In this document: positions 26,898 through 32,000 of the stretch, one piece after another
How the letters are laid out: each line of letters begins with the position of its first letter
How positions within the stretch are numbered: the stretch's first letter is position 1
Source: Candidatus Pelagibacter ubique HTCC1062
GTDB taxonomy: Bacteria > Pseudomonadota > Alphaproteobacteria > Pelagibacterales > Pelagibacteraceae
Length of the DNA: 32,000 bases
Assembly (NCBI RefSeq): GCF_000012345.1
Contig: NC_007205.1
Span: forward strand, 1,260,001 to 1,292,000
Reading direction: 5' to 3'
The notes under the pieces: generated by a model
Told to the model about the DNA's origin: nothing
Seen by the model: the letters and a program-made list of their open reading frames with translations, nothing else
Databases searched by the model: none
Made by a program: the position numbers and the translations under genes

Positions 26898-27913
26898 AGT
26901 ACCTTCCCTTTGAATATTCCATTAGGTCTATAAAGTAAGACAATCACCAGTATAGAAAATGAGACAGCAAATTTATAATCTGTTGATAATAACTGAACTA
27001 ACGTTTCTGGCTCCATGCTTGCTGGCAAAACATACATAAAGAATTTTTTATAAGCATAAGTTAGGAATATTTCTGAAAATGCTATGACATATCCTCCTAA
27101 AAATGCTCCAAAGGGGTTTCCAATACCTCCAACAATTGCTGCAGCAAAAATTGGCAACATGTTATTAAAGTAGGTAAATGGCTTAAAACTTTTGTCCAAT
27201 CCATATAAAGCTCCACCAATTGTCGCTAAAATTCCTGCAATAATCCAAGTAATCATAACTACTCTTTTAGGATCAATTCCAGACAATAAAGCTAAATCCT
27301 CATTATCAGAATAAGCACGCATGCTTTTTCCTGTCTTAGTTTTGTTTAAAAACCAAAATAAAATAGAAACCAATACAATTGTTACAAATATAGTTAATAC
27401 CTGACTAGATTTAATTGCTAAACCTTCATTAAGTCCTGTCATTTCTTTAAACTCACTTGCTTTGATAATAAATTTTTCCCCATCAAAAAACCTCTGATCT
27501 GATGGACCGATTATTATTCTAACAACAGCTTGAGTTACAAACATTACACCAATACTAACCATTGCAAGTTGAACAGGAGGACTTTTGCTCACTCTATAAT
27601 ATCTAAAAACAAATTTATCAATTAAGAGCATATATCCAATTGTTAAAACAATTGCAAAAGGGATGGCAAGTAACGCTGTTGGTAAAACACCTAAAGAAAT
27701 TCCAAGTGATTGAAAATACCAAGTAAATAATATGGTGACCATCGTACCAAAAGCCATCATGTCCCCAGTTGCAAAATTAGCAAACCTTAAAATTCCATAA
27801 ATTAAAGTTACAAATATTGCACCTAGTGCTAGTTGAGAGCCATACGTAAGAGCTGGCATAAAAATATAATTTAATAATAATATAATTGCGTTTAAGAATT
27901 CCATACTATCCAC
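26894..27913 (-). CDS. livH: LIV-type ABC transporter permease, LivH-like
   Basis: 339 aa and polytopic. It has the motif MRAYSDNEDLALLSGIDP. It overlaps both neighbouring genes. Confidence 0.85.
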   Translation of the reverse strand: MDSMEFLNAIILLLNYIFMPALTYGSQLALGAIFVTLIYGILRFANFATGDMMAFGTMVTILFTWYFQSLGISLGVLPTALLAIPFAIVLTIGYMLLIDKFVFRYYRVSKSPPVQLAMVSIGVMFVTQAVVRIIIGPSDQRFFDGEKFIIKASEFKEMTGLNEGLAIKSSQVLTIFVTIVLVSILFWFLNKTKTGKSMRAYSDNEDLALLSGIDPKRVVMITWIIAGILATIGGALYGLDKSFKPFTYFNNMLPIFAAAIVGGIGNPFGAFLGGYVIAFSEIFLTYAYKKFFMYVLPASMEPETLVQLLSTDYKFAVSFSILVIVLLYRPNGIFKGKVL

Positions 27914-28613
27914 CTAAAAAAGAGCTTCTTACTCTTGGGTCGTTTAATAATTCTTTTCCTGTTCCTGAATACTTATTTTCACCTGTAACTAGTACATATC
28001 CACGATCAGAAATATTAAGCGCTTGTTTAGCATTTTGCTCAACCATTAAAATTGCAACATTAGTTCTTTTTACTTTGATGATATGATCAAATAATTCATC
28101 CATTACTATTGGAGAAACACCAGCAGTGGGTTCATCTAACATTAATACAGATGGTTTTATCATTAATGCTCTTCCAAGAGCCACTTGTTGTCTTTGACCT
28201 CCAGATAATTCACCAACTAATTGGTTTCTTTTTTCTCTAAGTATTGGAAATAGTTCATAAATTTCTTCTATAATATTTTGATAATTGTCATCTCTTAAAT
28301 AAGCTCCCATCTCTAAATTTTCTTCAACACTCATTCCAGAAAATACATTTTTTGTCTGTGGTACAAATGAAATACCTTCTCTCACCCTATCTTGTGGTGA
28401 AAGTTTTGAAATATCTTTGCCATCAATTATAACTGAACCAGATTTTAAATTTAAAAGACCAAGCATTGCTTTCATGGCTGTTGATTTACCAGCACCATTA
28501 GGTCCAAGAATTGAAACTATTTCGCCTCTGTTTACATTAACTGAACAAGAGTTGATGATATCAGGTCCATTACCATAACCACCTGTCATTTTTAAACCTT
28601 CAAAAAAAGCCAT
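27906..28613 (-). CDS. livF: LIV-type ABC transporter ATP-binding protein, LivF-like
   Basis: 235 aa with Walker A GPNGAGKST, signature LSGGQRQQVALGR and Walker B LMLDEPTAG. Confidence 0.9.
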   Translation of the reverse strand: MAFFEGLKMTGGYGNGPDIINSCSVNVNRGEIVSILGPNGAGKSTAMKAMLGLLNLKSGSVIIDGKDISKLSPQDRVREGISFVPQTKNVFSGMSVEENLEMGAYLRDDNYQNIIEEIYELFPILREKRNQLVGELSGGQRQQVALGRALMIKPSVLMLDEPTAGVSPIVMDELFDHIIKVKRTNVAILMVEQNAKQALNISDRGYVLVTGENKYSGTGKELLNDPRVRSSFLGG

Positions 28614-29407
28614 TAGTTCTCATCCTTTATCTTTGATCCTCTGCCTAAATAGCTTTCTATAACTTTTTCATCTTTCTTAGCTTCTTCAGCGGTCCCTTCA
28701 AATAAAACTGAACCTTCTGCCATAACAATAACAGGGTTACATAATCTACTTATAAACTCCATATCATGTTCGATCATACAGAATGTATAACCTTCTTCCT
28801 TATTTAACTTAAGAATAGCAGTTCCTAAATCTTTAAGCAGTGTTCTATTAACACCAGCACCTACTTCATCAAGTAATACTAATTTTGCATCAACCATCAT
28901 GGTTCTTCCAAGTTCTAATAATTTTTTTTGGCCTCCAGATAAATTCCCAGCTAATTCATTTGATAAATGAGTCAGATTTAAAAAATCAACTACGTCTTGG
29001 GCTTTTTGTTTAACTTTAAGTTCTTCCGTTCTAACTAAACTTGGTTTTAATAAAGCAGTCATTAAATTTTCACCTGACTGATTTGCAGGAACCATCATTA
29101 AATTTTCAAGCACAGAAAGATTAGTAAACTCATGTGCTATTTGAAAAGTTCTTAAAATTCCTTTAGAAAATAATTCATATGAAGGAACGTCAGTAACATC
29201 CTCATTATTAAACAATACTTTTCCTTGTGAGGATTTTAAATTTCCAGCTATTAGATTGAACAAGGTGGTCTTGCCTGAGCCGTTAGGTCCTATAATTCCT
29301 GTAATAGAGCCTTTCTTAATCTTTAATGAACAATCTGACACTGCAGCCAAACCTCCAAAATATTTAGATAGATTTTCAATTTGTAAGATGTTCTGTTCTT
29401 GATCCAT
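28613..29407 (-). CDS. livG: LIV-type ABC transporter ATP-binding protein, LivG-like
   Basis: 264 aa with Walker A GPNGSGKTT, signature LSGGQKKLLELGR and Walker B LLDEVGAG. Confidence 0.9.
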   Translation of the reverse strand: MDQEQNILQIENLSKYFGGLAAVSDCSLKIKKGSITGIIGPNGSGKTTLFNLIAGNLKSSQGKVLFNNEDVTDVPSYELFSKGILRTFQIAHEFTNLSVLENLMMVPANQSGENLMTALLKPSLVRTEELKVKQKAQDVVDFLNLTHLSNELAGNLSGGQKKLLELGRTMMVDAKLVLLDEVGAGVNRTLLKDLGTAILKLNKEEGYTFCMIEHDMEFISRLCNPVIVMAEGSVLFEGTAEEAKKDEKVIESYLGRGSKIKDEN

Positions 29408-29412
29408 GAAAT

Positions 29413-30180
29413 TTATTTATTTAATCTTCTATGTATACTGTTGAGTGTCTTTTCTAAAGATTTATAAAAACCTGCTCTGCTTAATTCTTTAACTCCTTGT
29501 TCATTCAATCCTTTAGGTGTTTGAGACTCTTTTACTAAAAATTTTAAATCTTTTTTAGAGTTTACAACTGCATCTTCTGATAATGCTAAAAATAAAGATG
29601 TTATATATTTTTGTGCATTATTTCGTTTAACTCCTCTTTTCACTAACCAGTCTGTCATTACTCTTAGTAATTCATAAAAGGGTGCCATCATTCCAGAGGT
29701 TGACCAAAAATTGATTGAAGATTTTTCATTTTTAATTTCAACGGTTGTGCCAATTTTATTAAAAAAATCTTTAACTTTTTTATTGGGTGGACAAATGGGT
29801 ACTGGTCCTTTTTTTAAAGATATAGGAGGTAATGGTATCGCTCTTATAATTTTTGCTTTAACTTTGATTGCTTTTTTAAGTTGAGCTAAAGTAATTGTTG
29901 ATATGAAACTAATTACAGTTTGATTTGATCTAAACTTTAAATTTTTAATAATTTTTTCACCCACTGCTGGAGTTACTGATAAAAATATCCAATCACAAGA
30001 ATTAATAATTTCCTGGTTATCTTTACTAACAGTTATCTTTTTAAACTTTTTTTTTAAAATACTAGATGTAGATTTATTTCTCTCAGAGATGATTATTTTG
30101 TTATACGAAATACTGGAACTGCAAATACCAGTGATAACGGCAGACGTAATTTTACCTGTTCCTATAAAGCCTAATTTCAT
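29413..30180 (-). CDS. Divergent pyrroline-5-carboxylate reductase (ProC)-like NAD(P)H oxidoreductase
   Basis: 255 aa. It has the N-terminal dinucleotide-binding motif FIGTGKIT and a C-terminal TPKGLNEQG that resembles the ProC SPGGTTEAG dimerisation/active-site motif. It is clearly diverged. Confidence 0.55.
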   Translation of the reverse strand: MKLGFIGTGKITSAVITGICSSSISYNKIIISERNKSTSSILKKKFKKITVSKDNQEIINSCDWIFLSVTPAVGEKIIKNLKFRSNQTVISFISTITLAQLKKAIKVKAKIIRAIPLPPISLKKGPVPICPPNKKVKDFFNKIGTTVEIKNEKSSINFWSTSGMMAPFYELLRVMTDWLVKRGVKRNNAQKYITSLFLALSEDAVVNSKKDLKFLVKESQTPKGLNEQGVKELSRAGFYKSLEKTLNSIHRRLNK

Positions 30181-30212
30181 AAATATAGTTACTTTATAGT
30201 GATATTAGTGAA

Positions 30213-31124
30213 TTAATTAATAAAAAAAGAACCTCTAATTCTCAATAGTTCTCTGCTTAAATCTTTATTTTCTTTGAAAGGTTTTCTTCCGTGTAACCAA
30301 AAATAATTATTAGCCACAATGGTTGATCCAGGTACTAATTTAGTGATTACTTTGTTCTTACTCTCCTCTAAAGCATCTGATAATTTTTGTAAGAAAATTC
30401 CTTGATCCATATTTTTTGGTTCAGGGAATTGATCAATATAAGAAATATTTGGCTTACCGTTATCATCTGTTGTGAAAACTGGATGTTCAACTTTATATTC
30501 TATATTTTTACTTTTAGGAGACCCCCATACAAAATTTTGTTTTCCAATGGGGTCATTGAATAAATCCTCACAATGTTCCCAGTCATCAAGATGCAACATT
30601 GCTGTTTCTCCTCCTTGGACATTTTGTTCTTCAATTTTAGTCATCAAAAGCCAATCTGTGATCTCTTTAACATATGTCCCATCCGTATGAAGATCCATAT
30701 TTGTGTAAGCTTTTCTTAAGTACGAGTCACTTTTATCTTCATGCTTTACAAAAAATCTTGCATAATATTTTCCAGCCATGGCATCATAATTTGGATTACC
30801 AATTAAATAGGCAATTGCTGTTGATAGCTTTACTAAAAAGATATCATTAATTTTTGCACTTACTTTTTTTGGTCCAATTATAAAACAACCTGTTTCTCTA
30901 TCTCTTACTATTGAATTAAGTAATTTGCTTAATTTATTAGAAGTTAAATCATCTAAACTTTTAGCAATAGTAAATCTGGTAAATGGTTTGTACTCTAAGG
31001 CAGTGATATCAAATTTATTGAATGGAAATATTAATTTATCTAAAATTTCATCTTCAATTCTAATGTCAATTATTCTTTTTGAATTTTGATGTTCTGTTAT
31101 TGTTATTCCAGAGATATTTTCCAT
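30213..31124 (-). CDS. csiD: CsiD/GlaH-like Fe(II)/2-oxoglutarate-dependent dioxygenase (glutarate 2-hydroxylase family)
   Basis: 303 aa with long collinear blocks matching E. coli CsiD as I recall it: ALEYKPFTRF..AK.LDDL; NYDAMAGKYYARFFVKHEDKSDSYLR; MDLHTDGTYVKEITDWLLMTKIEEQNVQGGE...LHLDDWEH; YIDQFPEPK; NNYFWLHGR; RELLRIRGSF. The HxD...H iron triad is present. Confidence 0.8.
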   Translation of the reverse strand: MENISGITITEHQNSKRIIDIRIEDEILDKLIFPFNKFDITALEYKPFTRFTIAKSLDDLTSNKLSKLLNSIVRDRETGCFIIGPKKVSAKINDIFLVKLSTAIAYLIGNPNYDAMAGKYYARFFVKHEDKSDSYLRKAYTNMDLHTDGTYVKEITDWLLMTKIEEQNVQGGETAMLHLDDWEHCEDLFNDPIGKQNFVWGSPKSKNIEYKVEHPVFTTDDNGKPNISYIDQFPEPKNMDQGIFLQKLSDALEESKNKVITKLVPGSTIVANNYFWLHGRKPFKENKDLSRELLRIRGSFFIN

Positions 31125-31447
31125 TAGAAATAATTACTTAGTACCGCCATCATGATAGCAGAAATAACAGTAGGATAAACAAAATTTCTTTTAGATATAA
31201 AAAATATAAATAAACAAAATAAAACAACAGTTACTCTACTTAAGTAACTAGCATCAGACAAAACACCTACTGGAAATATAATTGTTCTTGCTATTAATGC
31301 GGCTAGTGTTGAGTAGGCAAGACAATTAAACCATTTAAATAATTTTGAAGTTTCTTTTATTCCTTGTGAAGAAATTGCACCTAAAAACCTTGAAGAGAAA
31401 GTTGCAAGGGACGTGACTAAGATTGCAAGAAATACACTAGTTGACAT
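31124..31447 (-). CDS. azlD: AzlD-like branched-chain amino acid transport protein (small subunit)
   Basis: 107 aa and four hydrophobic segments. It sits immediately downstream of an AzlC-like gene and overlaps it by 11 nt, the canonical AzlCD arrangement. Confidence 0.7.
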   Translation of the reverse strand: MSTSVFLAILVTSLATFSSRFLGAISSQGIKETSKLFKWFNCLAYSTLAALIARTIIFPVGVLSDASYLSRVTVVLFCLFIFFISKRNFVYPTVISAIMMAVLSNYF

Positions 31448-32000
31448 TTAGCTCTCCTATAAAATAAGCAATTGTTCCACCAACAAGTCCTCCCAATAAA
31501 ATTGACCACTCTGGAGATAGAAAATAAAAAATTGGTCCTAATACCAAGCCTAAAATTACTGCAGCTGTAATTTGAATAGTTTTCATTGCCCCAACCATCA
31601 TGCATAAAAAATAAATTGGGTTTAAAATTGCTAAGCCCATCATCATATTTTTATCCAAATAATCAGATGCGTAAAATCCTATAAAAGTTCCTATTACCGC
31701 TGTAGTCCAAGTAGCACAACCAATTCCAATCCAAAAATCAATTCTATGTTTTTTTTCAATACTTTTATAGTTACTCTTCATAATCAGCCATGCAGATACT
31801 GCTATAAAATGACATGAAAAGTAATATTTCCATTTTGGTTGGCTTTTGTGCATCATTAATGGAAACAAAGAAACAGCCATTGGATAAAGACGAGCATTAA
31901 CAAACCAAACAGCTAAAAAAATATTTAATAATGAAGCTCCAACTAATAACGACTCTGCCATAACTAATGATCCAGGCAAAGCATAAGTAAGCATAGTTGA
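31437..32000 (-). CDS. azlC: AzlC-like branched-chain amino acid transport protein, probably truncated at the window edge
   Basis: At least 185 aa and polytopic. The frame is still open upstream of the ATG at 31994-31992 up to the window end, and typical AzlC proteins are longer. The true start may therefore lie outside the window. Confidence 0.7.
   Translation of the reverse strand, partial: STMLTYALPGSLVMAESLLVGASLLNIFLAVWFVNARLYPMAVSLFPLMMHKSQPKWKYYFSCHFIAVSAWLIMKSNYKSIEKKHRIDFWIGIGCATWTTAVIGTFIGFYASDYLDKNMMMGLAILNPIYFLCMMVGAMKTIQITAAVILGLVLGPIFYFLSPEWSILLGGLVGGTIAYFIGELNVN

Noticed and set aside
31417-31605. 62-aa minus-strand ORF in an alternative frame across the azlC/azlD junction
   Set aside because: It sits in a shifted frame within the AzlC-like gene. 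The canonical AzlC-AzlD pair already explains the region.
1-32000. Mobile elements, prophage, defence islands, toxin-antitoxin pairs, tRNA/rRNA genes and CRISPR arrays
   Set aside because: I recognised no integrase, transposase, restriction, Cas or toxin-like products among the ORFs. I saw no long direct or inverted repeats, no tRNA-like GC-rich cloverleaf segments, and no compositional island. The only locally higher-GC genes are the two binding-protein genes, which is consistent with high expression rather than foreign origin.

Overview
The window is very AT-rich (about 30% G+C by eye, not computed) and extremely gene-dense. I call 34 protein-coding genes. Most spacers are under 80 bp, and many neighbouring genes overlap by 1-11 nt at start/stop codons. 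I found no rRNA, tRNA, CRISPR array, IS or phage genes, and no recognisable transcription-factor gene. By inference, this architecture and the dominance of ABC importers fit a streamlined marine alphaproteobacterium of the SAR11/Pelagibacterales type.

Gene content, left to right:
- 5' part of aconitase (acnA), a LysE exporter, a CsaA-like tRNA-binding protein and an ArgE-like M20 deacetylase.
- An aldehyde dehydrogenase plus an agmatinase-family ureohydrolase.
- A secreted HExxH protein coupled to a membrane-anchored cyclophilin.
- A 402-aa Lys/Glu-rich helical protein with no glycine.
- A 3-hydroxyacyl-CoA dehydrogenase/crotonase fusion.
- A Pot-type ABC importer co-oriented with DoeA/EutD-like and EutA-like genes.
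- A divergent five-gene operon: luciferase-like monooxygenase, DUF1185 (AA_synth), alpha/beta hydrolase, aldehyde dehydrogenase, DMT transporter.
- A LivJ-like binding protein, then TauE and MFS transporters.
- A tightly coupled block: azlC-azlD-csiD-like-proC-like-livG-livF-livH-livM.

Best candidates for undescribed biology:
1. The LLM-DUF1185-hydrolase-ALDH-DMT operon and the divergent EutA/DoeA-like plus Pot-type importer cluster, which share one 167-bp control region.
2. The CsiD-like dioxygenase embedded between AzlCD and LIV transporter genes.
3. The glycine-free K/E-rich protein, with a CxxC mini-ORF overlapping its start.
4. The secreted zincin-like/cyclophilin pair.

All functional calls come from motif recognition by eye and need database confirmation.
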